In this document: one piece after another, positions 49,049 to 58,668 of the stretch | How the letters are laid out: the number at the start of each line of letters is the position of its first letter | Position numbering within the stretch: position 1 is the stretch's first letter | DNA from: a virus | DNA: 64,000 nucleotides | Direction: 5' to 3' (one strand) | IMG/VR virus record: IMGVR_UViG_3300025162_000046 | Location: 9,816-73,815 of that record | Translations under genes and position numbers: made by a program | The notes under the pieces: model-generated | What the model saw: only the letters and a program-made list of their open reading frames with translations | The model's database searches: none | Told to the model about the DNA's origin: nothing

Positions 49049-50155
49049 ATGGATTTACAAACTCTTGCAAAAAATCTTTATGGTGAGGATTATTCTTTAT
49101 GGCAACTCGGTTCGTTGAGGCGACAACTACAAAAAAAGAAAATAACCGAAGTTGATATTACTTGGAGAGAAGAAGAAAATGGTTTCGGCGCTTGGGATAT
49201 GATTCATGGTATCCCTTTATCTTGTAATACTTATTGGCATAGCTATGCTTGCACTTCTTGTGGTAAAAAAATTATTGATATAGATCGAAATCATAAACGC
49301 CGGGCTAATCCTACCCTTTGCGGGCATTGCAGCAAATCAAAAACTTTAACAGAAGTGAATCGAAATTCCAATAAAGTAAAAAACGCAGAGATTTTTGCTG
49401 ACCCTCTTCTAGGCTCTATTCGGAAAGAAAAACTAAGAGAAAATAGGATTCGAATAAACCAAACTGTGATGGCAGATTTTATTCGAAACTTGTCGCCGGA
49501 GAGAAAAGAACAAATAGCCATTCAGAAGAAACAAACTTGGGGGGCTCGTCCAGTAGAGGAAAAAAAGGAAATCAATAAAACTCGCAATGGCTATCTTTAT
49601 AAAAGTGAAAAGGAGATACAAGAACGAGTACAAAGAGGGGTAGAGACTAAGAAAAAAAACTTAGCTAAACTGTCCTCGGAAGAGATCCGACAAAAAACCT
49701 TAGAGAGGGTGGCAAAAATGAAAGCTACCATTCGATCTAAACCTAAAGACCTGAGGTTTAATCACCCTGAGCGTAGATATGTAAAGGGGAAGCAAGGTGA
49801 GGTAGGGGGTGTTTATTTTCAATCATCTTACGAAGAAGCCGTATTACAGTTTTGTTGCATGAAAATGTATAAGATACAAAGAGGGCCGGCACTTGAATAC
49901 TATAATCCAATAGGAAAAAGTATTTCTCTTTATTTTGTGGACTTTTTGATAAACGATACTCTTTTAGTAGAGATAAAAAGTAATTATACTTGGGATCAAA
50001 ATATAGAAATCAATAAGGCGAAAGAAAGATGCGCTCAGTCGTATGCACAAGAACAAGGGTTGACCTATCTGACGCTTATATTATCCAAGGAGGATATCAA
50101 GGATGTCAACAAGATTCTCGAAAATACGTTCAATAAAGAATTTAGAGAGAACTGA
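49049..50155 (+). CDS. Free-standing endonuclease (zinc ribbon plus C-terminal TnsA-like PD-(D/E)XK) between split intein halves
   Basis: CTSC...CGHC; FQSSYE...YFVDFLINDTLLVEIKS. Confidence 0.8.
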   Translation: MDLQTLAKNLYGEDYSLWQLGSLRRQLQKKKITEVDITWREEENGFGAWDMIHGIPLSCNTYWHSYACTSCGKKIIDIDRNHKRRANPTLCGHCSKSKTLTEVNRNSNKVKNAEIFADPLLGSIRKEKLRENRIRINQTVMADFIRNLSPERKEQIAIQKKQTWGARPVEEKKEINKTRNGYLYKSEKEIQERVQRGVETKKKNLAKLSSEEIRQKTLERVAKMKATIRSKPKDLRFNHPERRYVKGKQGEVGGVYFQSSYEEAVLQFCCMKMYKIQRGPALEYYNPIGKSISLYFVDFLINDTLLVEIKSNYTWDQNIEINKAKERCAQSYAQEQGLTYLTLILSKEDIKDVNKILENTFNKEFREN

Positions 50156-52172
50156 AAATTGCTATGATATTCAGGTCGCAGATATTCAGCGGTACTTCTC
50201 TAATGGAATTGTAAGCCATAATTCTAGTATTTTTGAGGCCATCGCCTTATGCTGGACAGAGCGCAGGAGAGGCGACTCCTATAAGGATTTCATCAAGCAC
50301 GGGACTGATTCTGCAGAGATTCACCTTGTTGCCAGTATTCACGGCGAACCCATTCAATTCGATGTGGAGATTCGTGATAAGAAAGGGGCGACTCCTTTTC
50401 AACGAACTATCACTTATAAAAAAGAGAAGTATGTAAATTCAGAGTGCACTACGCTTCTCACCTCCTTCGATATTGATTATCTCCAACACATTATGTTCTC
50501 TATGCAAGGTGAGAATAACATTACTGATCTCAAACCCTCCGAAAGAACTAAACTTCTCAAGCGTATTTTCAATTTCGAGTTTGAATCTCAATTGAGCCAA
50601 CTTGATAAATTGGTTGAACAAGAAGAACAGAACAGCCTCGTGCTCAAAACTCGCGTTGATGTTTTATCTCATATGAAATTTGAATATGAGCAAGCGGAGC
50701 AAACCCTTACTCTCGACAAGCGCAGCGAAATAGAAAATCGCATTACCGAGATCGATGAAATCATAAGAGTGCAAGAACAAAATCAACTTCTTCAATCCGA
50801 AACTTCTCATCGACTCGAAAGTCTCCGCGCCCAAGGTCAAGCTGCGTCAGCACGCAAGCATTCTATCGAAAAAGATATCAGTGACCTTAATAGTTCGTAT
50901 ACTCGACTACTCGGGGATAAGAATCGACATAGTCAAGCATTACTTACTCTCCCCGATTCCGTGAAACTCGAAGAAGAAATCAAAGAGAAAACCGCGGCAA
51001 TTGAATCGTTCAAGATTCTCGTGGAGCAAAATCGTCTTCTTATTCAAGAGAAGGAAAACAATCTCGGATCTCGTCAAAGCCGTATCCTTGAACTTAGGAA
51101 TCACATCGTAGCACATAAGCAAGGCATTTGTCCTCAGTGTGGGCAAGACACTCATCCTGAAACCGTTCCTGAACTTGAGACCTCTTTGGAATCAGTTGAA
51201 CAATTGTATGAGGAGCTCCTCTCACAAAAAATGATGCTTGAGACCGCTGAGAAAGGTGCCGAGAGAAACATCTCCACCTATCAGGCGGCAATACCTAATC
51301 TTAGAGAAAAAATCAAATCGTCTGCGGATATGAAAATCCAGTTTGAGAGCATTTTCAAAACCATCGAAGAAAGCACCCAGCAAACAAACGGAACCATTGA
51401 AATTCGAAAATCCACTTTGTTGGAAGTCGAGAATCAGATCAAAGAACTCGAACAGCAAATTGAAGAGATCTCTCCTAAATTGGTTCGAATGATTCCTACC
51501 ACATCTCTTCTCAGTGAGAAGAGTGGGTTAGCTAATCAGGTTCAGAGGCATCTTGCTGTCATCGCTCGCAACGAAGTAATTGAGCGTAAAAATATAGAGA
51601 TGAAACAAAAAGAAGAAGGGAACAAACAACTACTGATAGACCTCAACCGGCAACAAAACGATTTGCTGCTATCGACGAATAATTATAAAGACGCGAAGCG
51701 CATATTGGAAGTAGACCTACCCAATTATATCATTGTCAAAGCGTGCTCAAAACTTGAAAAACATATCAATCATTTTATCTCTGAGGTCAAGGAAGGGATG
51801 GTAGTTAGGCTATTCCAAGCGCGCTCGGGAGTTGAATTTTTCTATTCCCCAGTAGGAGAAGTAGCAAATTCTGAAGATTGGACCTCTACAAAAATGGCAT
51901 CGGGATTTGAACGGGAATTGCTATCAGCCGCGTGGAGAGTAGCGTTAGCAAGGGCTTATAATCTACACGCGCTTATGCTTGATGAGGTGGATAGCGCGGC
52001 TAACACCTTCTCATCTGAAAAAATGTTTAGAGAGATCGCTAATCTCACCGGCTTTGAGCAGCTCTTCATAGTGAGTCACAAGCCTGAAGTAGTCGATATT
52101 TTATTACAGGAAAATGAGAGAGTGACCGCGTATTTCGTCCAAGATGGTATCTTTACTCGTCAAGAATACTAA
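50103..52172 (+). CDS. sbcC: Split intein C-fragment (40 aa) fused to SbcC/Rad50 C-part
   Basis: AGGAGG RBS; KIRSIK...CYDIQV...YFSNGIVSHN|SSIFEAI; coiled coils, CPQC hook, ASGFE signature, LMLDEVD, IVSH. Confidence 0.92.
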   Translation: MSTRFSKIRSIKNLERTENCYDIQVADIQRYFSNGIVSHNSSIFEAIALCWTERRRGDSYKDFIKHGTDSAEIHLVASIHGEPIQFDVEIRDKKGATPFQRTITYKKEKYVNSECTTLLTSFDIDYLQHIMFSMQGENNITDLKPSERTKLLKRIFNFEFESQLSQLDKLVEQEEQNSLVLKTRVDVLSHMKFEYEQAEQTLTLDKRSEIENRITEIDEIIRVQEQNQLLQSETSHRLESLRAQGQAASARKHSIEKDISDLNSSYTRLLGDKNRHSQALLTLPDSVKLEEEIKEKTAAIESFKILVEQNRLLIQEKENNLGSRQSRILELRNHIVAHKQGICPQCGQDTHPETVPELETSLESVEQLYEELLSQKMMLETAEKGAERNISTYQAAIPNLREKIKSSADMKIQFESIFKTIEESTQQTNGTIEIRKSTLLEVENQIKELEQQIEEISPKLVRMIPTTSLLSEKSGLANQVQRHLAVIARNEVIERKNIEMKQKEEGNKQLLIDLNRQQNDLLLSTNNYKDAKRILEVDLPNYIIVKACSKLEKHINHFISEVKEGMVVRLFQARSGVEFFYSPVGEVANSEDWTSTKMASGFERELLSAAWRVALARAYNLHALMLDEVDSAANTFSSEKMFREIANLTGFEQLFIVSHKPEVVDILLQENERVTAYFVQDGIFTRQEY

Positions 52173-52213
52173 TTATATAGGATTATTAGTCTCTCAAGGA
52201 GAAGAAGGTGCCT

Positions 52214-54973
52214 ATGAAACTCGAAGAAGGACGCAAGTCTAACATTCTGAAAACCTTGTCCCAACTGCATGCCTACCTGAAGCGTTATCAGGACCTTGAT
52301 AAAACAGAAGCCCATTTTGAACAGCGCCTCGAAGATGCGGGCTGCACTGATATGTTTGCGGCAATCGACGATGTTCTCGATATTGTCGAAACAGGCAAGG
52401 CCGCAGATAAGGCTCGGCTGCTCAATAAAGTATATAAGCAATACTTCCCTAAAACCGCCAAAAAAGATCCTGCTTCTGATGAAGAACTCGAAGCCGCAAT
52501 AGGTGAAGAAGAAGAAGAAGAAGAGGCTGGCGAAGTGGAAGGCACTCCTCAAATGGCAACTTATGCTGATCTTGGTGGGCAAGGCGCTGAGGGAAAGACT
52601 TTGGGAGATATCCGCAAGTCCGATCAAGCATATATGAGCGGCGGCGATGATGAAGATTGGGGTGAGGAAGACGATGAATCGGACATAGATGCTACTAACG
52701 CTCGTAAAAGAGAGTCTCGTATGTCTGATCTTGATCTTGCGCAACGAGAAGAGATGTATGGCCCTGGCGGCGATCCTGACGATGCCGATAGAAATATGAC
52801 CTATAATGGTGGTGAGGGGATTGGCTTATCGGGGGAAGAATTAGACAATGAGTATTTCGGCACCGAGCCCGAGGAACCAATATTTGACCCGGATGAAGAA
52901 AACTTAGACGCGGATTGGATGAAGGAATCTGTTTTACGCGAGGCTTATGTAGAACCCGATGGATCGACAATGCCATTAGATGATTCAGAAGATCAGATTG
53001 ATGATCAAGATTATGAAGAAGAAGAATCTCAATACTCTATTGAGGATCTTGAACCGGGTATGATTGTTAATTGTGGCGCTTATGGTGATGGAATTATTGT
53101 TTGCTCTATTCACGATGAGCATCGATTCTGGGGCACTGATGATATTGAAGATTACAAAAAGAATGGTCCAGATGCTTCCGGTTGGTATTTCGATGTTGGA
53201 GACATAGAGGATATTGTTGGCAATGCGAACGATGATGACGATGACGACGATTGGGAAGATCAGGCGGAGCGTCGAGAGATGGATTCTACTTTTGGTACCT
53301 TCAAAGATGGCCTTTCTGACCCTGACGAGAGCTCTGACTATTGGAAAGAACACGAGGATACTGAAATAGAAGAAACAATCAAAGCAGCAGAAAATCGCGC
53401 CGAACAACTTCGAGAAGGAGGCCCTATGCAAGGGCCCGCTCTTGGTTCTACTCCAAGACCGAAAGATCCTAAGGATAAAATTGACTGGCCCGTAGAAATG
53501 TCGGATGAGGAAGAACACGAATATGATGATTATGAAGCAGAAATGAACGAGGGTAAGCAGCGCCGCCCTTTTGACGAAGGGTCCGATACTGGGTGGGGTG
53601 ATGCAACTCCTGAAACAGAGGAGTATGATGATCTCGGCGAGACGGACGACTTCGAAACCCCAGAGCGCTCTCTTGGCGGCACTCGTCACCCCGAAGGCAT
53701 TATGGGGACTATGAATGATGAAGTCTTCGAATACATCGATGATATAAAATCAGTCGATCCCGAAATTTCTGATGAAGAAATTATCGATGAGATCATAAAA
53801 GAATTTTCGGGCTCCGAACATCGAATGCAACGCGACAAGGCTTCTGATATTCTCTCTGATTACGAAGCAGAAAATAACCCCACAAATGAAGAAGCCACCT
53901 CAGGGCAAATCGAAGATGAGTATGCCGACTTAGCAATAGATGGCGTTCCCGACTCTGAGATTATCGAAAGACTTATTCATAAATACAAACTCACCCGTCA
54001 CGAACTTGAAATGATGCTCGGTGAGGAGAGAGAAGCGGGCTTTGATTCGTATGAGTCTAATGAAGATGAAGATATAGATGACACCGAGCAAGAATTTGAA
54101 GATGATAACGAACTCAATGAAAGCATTGATGACCTTGGTGATGTGGGGGATTTCCCCAGACCAAAAGCCCAAGATCTGGAATTTGAATCGGAAGAAGACT
54201 TTGAAGCATTTCACGATGCAAAGGACTGGCTACAAGGTAGAGGCTTTTCCGTCGGACAAATGTGTAGAGATGCCCCCATAGGATTTAAAGAAGGTGACTG
54301 GGCGATTGCAAAATGGTTTAATCTTGAAATGAAGGATAAAGCCCAACTCGATGGGTATATCATCGGGGATAAGCGACACGGCCCTATTAAGATCAAATTT
54401 GGAAACGCAGCGAGAGCGACAGAGGATCTTATCAATGAGGTGCCTGAAAGGTCAGAAAAAAAACCAAAAAGCAAAGTTTTGAAGTTACGAGGCTTCCCTG
54501 AGGCTAAGGCGATTCTTCCTGATGATTTTAAAGCCACAGCCCTTAGAATTTACAAACAACTCGCAGCAGGAAGAAGTGAAGATTCTGTTATCAGTAATCT
54601 TATTGATAAGGGGTATACGGATAAAGAAGTCGATAAGGTTTTTGATTACTTAGCATTTAAAAATCCTCTTGCTGAATCAATGCCCGGGCCATCAGATCAA
54701 CACGCAGGGCAGCCCACTCAGCCACCAGCAGCCGCGCCCCCTACTCCATATGATACTACTTCCAGTGATTTAACCTCGTCACCAGACTCTACAACAGAAA
54801 CCCTACCAACTACTCCTACCGCCGCAGATACATCTACTACTCCACCATCAGGGAATCCTATTGCGGCCGCGCCACAATCTAAGGAGATGACAGATTTTTT
54901 ACAAACCTTGGATAAGGCAGGGCCTGACGGATTAGAGTCCTTGACCAAATTGATGACTGCGATGGAAAAATGA
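52214..54973 (+). CDS. Very acidic modular protein, putative internal head polyprotein
   Basis: About 920 aa, D/E-rich linkers, many (L/M)xE sites, two DDLG(D/E)xxDF motifs; ACTAATTAT upstream. Confidence 0.7.
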   Translation: MKLEEGRKSNILKTLSQLHAYLKRYQDLDKTEAHFEQRLEDAGCTDMFAAIDDVLDIVETGKAADKARLLNKVYKQYFPKTAKKDPASDEELEAAIGEEEEEEEAGEVEGTPQMATYADLGGQGAEGKTLGDIRKSDQAYMSGGDDEDWGEEDDESDIDATNARKRESRMSDLDLAQREEMYGPGGDPDDADRNMTYNGGEGIGLSGEELDNEYFGTEPEEPIFDPDEENLDADWMKESVLREAYVEPDGSTMPLDDSEDQIDDQDYEEEESQYSIEDLEPGMIVNCGAYGDGIIVCSIHDEHRFWGTDDIEDYKKNGPDASGWYFDVGDIEDIVGNANDDDDDDDWEDQAERREMDSTFGTFKDGLSDPDESSDYWKEHEDTEIEETIKAAENRAEQLREGGPMQGPALGSTPRPKDPKDKIDWPVEMSDEEEHEYDDYEAEMNEGKQRRPFDEGSDTGWGDATPETEEYDDLGETDDFETPERSLGGTRHPEGIMGTMNDEVFEYIDDIKSVDPEISDEEIIDEIIKEFSGSEHRMQRDKASDILSDYEAENNPTNEEATSGQIEDEYADLAIDGVPDSEIIERLIHKYKLTRHELEMMLGEEREAGFDSYESNEDEDIDDTEQEFEDDNELNESIDDLGDVGDFPRPKAQDLEFESEEDFEAFHDAKDWLQGRGFSVGQMCRDAPIGFKEGDWAIAKWFNLEMKDKAQLDGYIIGDKRHGPIKIKFGNAARATEDLINEVPERSEKKPKSKVLKLRGFPEAKAILPDDFKATALRIYKQLAAGRSEDSVISNLIDKGYTDKEVDKVFDYLAFKNPLAESMPGPSDQHAGQPTQPPAAAPPTPYDTTSSDLTSSPDSTTETLPTTPTAADTSTTPPSGNPIAAAPQSKEMTDFLQTLDKAGPDGLESLTKLMTAMEK

Positions 54974-55245
54974 AATTAGATAAGTTTTTTGAATCTCTCG
55001 ACGATTTAGGCGATGTGGGTGATTTTGAAGCGCCTCCTCTCATACCGGCTCAGTGTGCAAAAGAATGGCTCGACTTGTGGCATCGAGCCAACCACCTAAG
55101 TGTCAGGGGCTGTCTTAATCGTATCGCCCAAAAATACAAGGTGTCGGCACCTGTGCTGGCCCGTGAGATACTTCACGACCCCGATTGCGCCAAGGATGTG
55201 GCGGAATGGTCTGTGATCAAAGATACCCTGACATCTTTAGAATAA
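54970..55245 (+). CDS. Hypothetical protein with DDLGDVGDF motif
   Basis: MKLDKFFESLDDLGDVGDFEAPP; ATGA-coupled to the previous gene. Confidence 0.7.
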   Translation: MKLDKFFESLDDLGDVGDFEAPPLIPAQCAKEWLDLWHRANHLSVRGCLNRIAQKYKVSAPVLAREILHDPDCAKDVAEWSVIKDTLTSLE

Positions 55246-55363
55246 TTTGCTACTAATTATAAGTCGCAACGCGACCGATGCATAGTCATCATTATATTAT
55301 TGAATAAGCAAGCATAGCTTGCCAAAAATAAACAGCGTCATAGTACGCAAAAAGGAGACACCT

Positions 55364-56710
55364 ATGGGTGTAAACGACGAGGATTTCTTATCTTACGCGA
55401 CCGATTTCGAGAAACAAGAGACAGAGAGAAACTCCCACCGCGGAGGAACGGGTTTCGAGCGCACGTTTGAAACCCTGAAATGGTCAGGACTTGAACCCAA
55501 CAAGATGAAAATCATCAGGGTTCTGGGCGGCATTCCTAATTCCGCAAGCGCGGACAATTTCACATCACGAATAGTTCAGGTCGGATGGCTCAAAAGCGAT
55601 GTAGGCAAGTCCTTCCGGTGCGTTCTCCCTCTTCGCGAGGATAACCCCGAGAATCTTATGTGGCGCGTGATTGGTCGCGTCAATGAAGTGGCTTACATCA
55701 ATCGCAAGAGAATCTATGTGAATGAAGAGAAGCACAAGGACATCTTCGACATCGTCAATTACAACGGCCTCGCCGATGACGACAAGCGAAGGAAGTTCGA
55801 CAAGGGCTGGACCGGCCGTCAAGCGATTGTGATGAATATCATTGATCGCGAGCAGATGGATTGGCACAGAGAGAACAAGCACTCTATGCTTCTCTCTCGT
55901 AATGTCCATTTCTCCGCAGATGGCACTCGCGAGTATGATGATGAGGGCGTTCCTATCTACGGATTCTACGACGCTATCGTCAAGAGTCTCTTCAAGAATT
56001 ACGGCAACTGGGAAGGTTACGACATTGGTCTTGTTCGTCTTGGAACAACGCAGCAGCCTTATCGCATCGTCAATGCCACGGCTTACGCAGCCGCAAAGCT
56101 TCCCGAAGTTCCTAAGGACCTCCTCCCTATCGTTTCTGCCAATGCGGGTCTCACCGAAGAGGAAGCCGGGTGGGAGCGCTACGATCTCAAAAAGCTTTAT
56201 AGCCCTTCAACCTACACAAAGCTTTACAACAATCTCAAAGTCGCCTTCCAGAGAATTGACGCCACTCTCGGCACCAAGTTCACTGGCGAGCTTGAATTTG
56301 AGGTAGAGAAGGAAAAGAAGGAGCGCGCTGAGCGAGCCGCAGAGACTGGTGAGTCAGGCGCTATCATTTCTGGTGGAACCGTATCGGCCACCTCGGGTCA
56401 GCCCACCAGCATCACCCTCGCTCCGGTCGTGAGCACACCGACCGCTGCACCAACTCGCGCTCGCGTAGCCCCGGCAGCCAAAGTCACTCTTACCGCAGAC
56501 AAGATCTCAGCTCTCAAAGGCTGGGAGAGTCTCACCGCGGAGCAGCAAGGAATCATCACAGATGTGACGATCGACAAGAGCGGCAAGGTAGCGGACATCA
56601 AGTATGATACTGAGGAAGGCGTTCTGGCCTGCCCACAATGTCGGATACCGGGGCCGGAGTCCTGGACGCGATGCCCTGCGTGTAATACGGATTTTTCTGC
56701 TGCGCAGTAA
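55364..56710 (+). CDS. Putative single-stranded DNA-binding protein (gp32-like) with C-terminal zinc ribbon
   Basis: AAGGAG RBS; KIIRVLG...IVMNIIDR...GYDIGL pattern; C-ending codon bias suggesting high expression; CPQC...CPAC. Confidence 0.6.
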   Translation: MGVNDEDFLSYATDFEKQETERNSHRGGTGFERTFETLKWSGLEPNKMKIIRVLGGIPNSASADNFTSRIVQVGWLKSDVGKSFRCVLPLREDNPENLMWRVIGRVNEVAYINRKRIYVNEEKHKDIFDIVNYNGLADDDKRRKFDKGWTGRQAIVMNIIDREQMDWHRENKHSMLLSRNVHFSADGTREYDDEGVPIYGFYDAIVKSLFKNYGNWEGYDIGLVRLGTTQQPYRIVNATAYAAAKLPEVPKDLLPIVSANAGLTEEEAGWERYDLKKLYSPSTYTKLYNNLKVAFQRIDATLGTKFTGELEFEVEKEKKERAERAAETGESGAIISGGTVSATSGQPTSITLAPVVSTPTAAPTRARVAPAAKVTLTADKISALKGWESLTAEQQGIITDVTIDKSGKVADIKYDTEEGVLACPQCRIPGPESWTRCPACNTDFSAAQ

Positions 56711-56726
56711 TCTCTGACGCATTCAT

Positions 56727-56760
56727 AAAGGGGAGGGAGATAATCTCTCCCCTTTTTATT
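56727..56760 (+). terminator. Rho-independent terminator
   Basis: AAAGGGGAGGGAGA-TAA-TCTCTCCCCTTTTT. Confidence 0.7.
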
Positions 56761-56769
56761 GGAGGTCTG

Positions 56770-57069
56770 ATGGATGAAGAAATAGAGTGTGCGATCTGTA
56801 ATCGTAAAGGCCCAAAAAATCTGATGGAGGAGCATCACCTCCTGCCTGGCAAGCACCGACGAACTAAAACCGGCAGGCAGGATGGCACCATAATATGTTG
56901 TAAGGACTGTGGGGATCAGATTCATCTTATGTTCACCAATCAACAGTTACGGCGAGACTATACCACATTACAATCACTCCGCGCAGCGATGACCGAATAT
57001 TGCGAATGGGTGTATGATAGACCATTGAGCAGTAAAGTAAATATGAAAAGAAAAAAGCGGAAGTTATAG
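56770..57069 (+). CDS. Small HNH protein
   Basis: CAIC...EEHHLLP...CKDCGDQIH. Confidence 0.75.
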   Translation: MDEEIECAICNRKGPKNLMEEHHLLPGKHRRTKTGRQDGTIICCKDCGDQIHLMFTNQQLRRDYTTLQSLRAAMTEYCEWVYDRPLSSKVNMKRKKRKL

Positions 57070-57086
57070 GTATATTAGGAGAACTA

Positions 57087-57854
57087 ATGACTCAATTTAC
57101 CCCTTGCCGTAATTGTGCGGCAAAACTTGGACCACAAAAAGGCTTTTATTTTGTCAAATATAAAGGCACACAACAAAAAGGTGTGGTGGAGTGCGAATGC
57201 CATAAGCAATTCGTCCAGCGAGAACTCCTCCAATACAAAGCCGCAGCATCGAATATCTGGCCCCAAGCATTCGATTACAACATAGATACGGATTATGTGG
57301 GAACTAAATCAATCAAAGAAATTCAGCGCCTGAAAAAATATGTATATGAGTTTTCTAATTATAAAAATGTGATGGTGTATATACACGGACCAAACGGCAC
57401 GCAGAAATCTACGCTCGCGCATTGGATCGGAGCAAATGTTTTACATCAGGGATACTCGGTAAAATATCTTCTTATGCAATCCCTTCTGATGACTATTTCT
57501 GGGTTTGAAAAGGATGAAGTCCGTCAGCAAGAGAAACAAGCAGAGATAGAAAAATTGAAGAGCGTTGATCTGCTTATTGTGGACGAAGCTTGGAATACCT
57601 CTGCTGTTACCCTGTATAAATCGGGATATCAGCTGCCATTTTTAACCCAGTTTCTCAAAGAAAGATTTGAGGTTGCAAGGAAGGGGATTGTTTTTATAAG
57701 CAATGTATCTCCGGAATCAATCGCTAAAATTTTCGAAAATCCCCTGCAAAATTTAATAGCAAGGAGCGTAGTAAGAACTACTTTGAAACTCGAAGATAAT
57801 TATATGCAGACGCGAACAGATTTTAATCCAAATTCTTTATTCGACGAGGAATAA
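57087..57854 (+). CDS. DnaC/IstB-like helicase loader ATPase
   Basis: N-terminal CxxC/CEC; Walker A variant GPNGTQKS; Walker B LLIVDE. Confidence 0.75.
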   Translation: MTQFTPCRNCAAKLGPQKGFYFVKYKGTQQKGVVECECHKQFVQRELLQYKAAASNIWPQAFDYNIDTDYVGTKSIKEIQRLKKYVYEFSNYKNVMVYIHGPNGTQKSTLAHWIGANVLHQGYSVKYLLMQSLLMTISGFEKDEVRQQEKQAEIEKLKSVDLLIVDEAWNTSAVTLYKSGYQLPFLTQFLKERFEVARKGIVFISNVSPESIAKIFENPLQNLIARSVVRTTLKLEDNYMQTRTDFNPNSLFDEE

Positions 57855-57858
57855 CCTG

Positions 57859-58668
57859 ATGAGTAATCCATACACATACCAAGTCACGCATCTTTCTGAA
57901 AGACGAAAATATATTGGAGTCAGGTTGAATAACAAACTTCCCGCGAGAGAAGACCTTGGAAAACTATATTTTACTTCTTCAAAACATAAAATATTTCGAC
58001 AAGAAGCTCAAGAATATCCGGAACATTTTTTTTGGGAAGTTTTAGAAGAATTTGATAATAGGAAAGAAGCTATCGAAGCTGAAAGAAAGCTTTTAGAATC
58101 TATTCCTACTGATCAACGCGCTCTGTACTATAATAAATGCTTTCACACGGGAGGCACTCTTTTTATTGACAAATCAGGGGATAAAAATCCCCGATTCGGT
58201 CGCAGCCTTCGAGTAGCTTTAATTCAAAAATACGGGGAAGAAGAAGGATCAAGAAGATTCACGGAGGCTATGCAAAAAAGCGGGGCTAAGAGAAAAGGTA
58301 AAAAGTTCACGGCGGAACACTCTTCAAAAATAGCCCAAGCAAGTAGTTGGTATATGTCCTCCCAGGAAAATAAAGAAAGAATAAGTAAAATGTGGAAAGG
58401 TAAAAAAAGATCCGAAGAAACGAAACATAAAAATAGTGAATCTCATAAAGGTCTTCCTGCTACAAAGGGGGCTTGGAGTAAAGGGCATATACCTTGGAAT
58501 AAAGGGGAACATCATTCTGAGGAGACTCATCAAAAAATGAAAGAGGCGGCTGCAAAAAGAAAAGAGAGAGGAGACTATAGAGGTCATCCAGCAACAAAAG
58601 AGAGCATTCAAAAAATGCTTGACTCCCGTCGTAAAAATAGATTAGCGAGGAAAAATAATGAACAATGA
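57859..58668 (+). CDS. GIY-YIG (Seg-like) homing endonuclease with NUMOD3 repeats
   Basis: YTYQVT...KYIGVR...YFTSS...YYNK; RSEETK, PWNKG, HSEETH. Confidence 0.85.
   Translation: MSNPYTYQVTHLSERRKYIGVRLNNKLPAREDLGKLYFTSSKHKIFRQEAQEYPEHFFWEVLEEFDNRKEAIEAERKLLESIPTDQRALYYNKCFHTGGTLFIDKSGDKNPRFGRSLRVALIQKYGEEEGSRRFTEAMQKSGAKRKGKKFTAEHSSKIAQASSWYMSSQENKERISKMWKGKKRSEETKHKNSESHKGLPATKGAWSKGHIPWNKGEHHSEETHQKMKEAAAKRKERGDYRGHPATKESIQKMLDSRRKNRLARKNNEQ

Noticed and set aside
52985-53689. Long antisense ORFs (e.g. 234 aa here, 199 aa at 45251-45850, 191 aa at 52169-52744)
   Set aside because: Shadows of biased-composition genes on the opposite strand; no motifs
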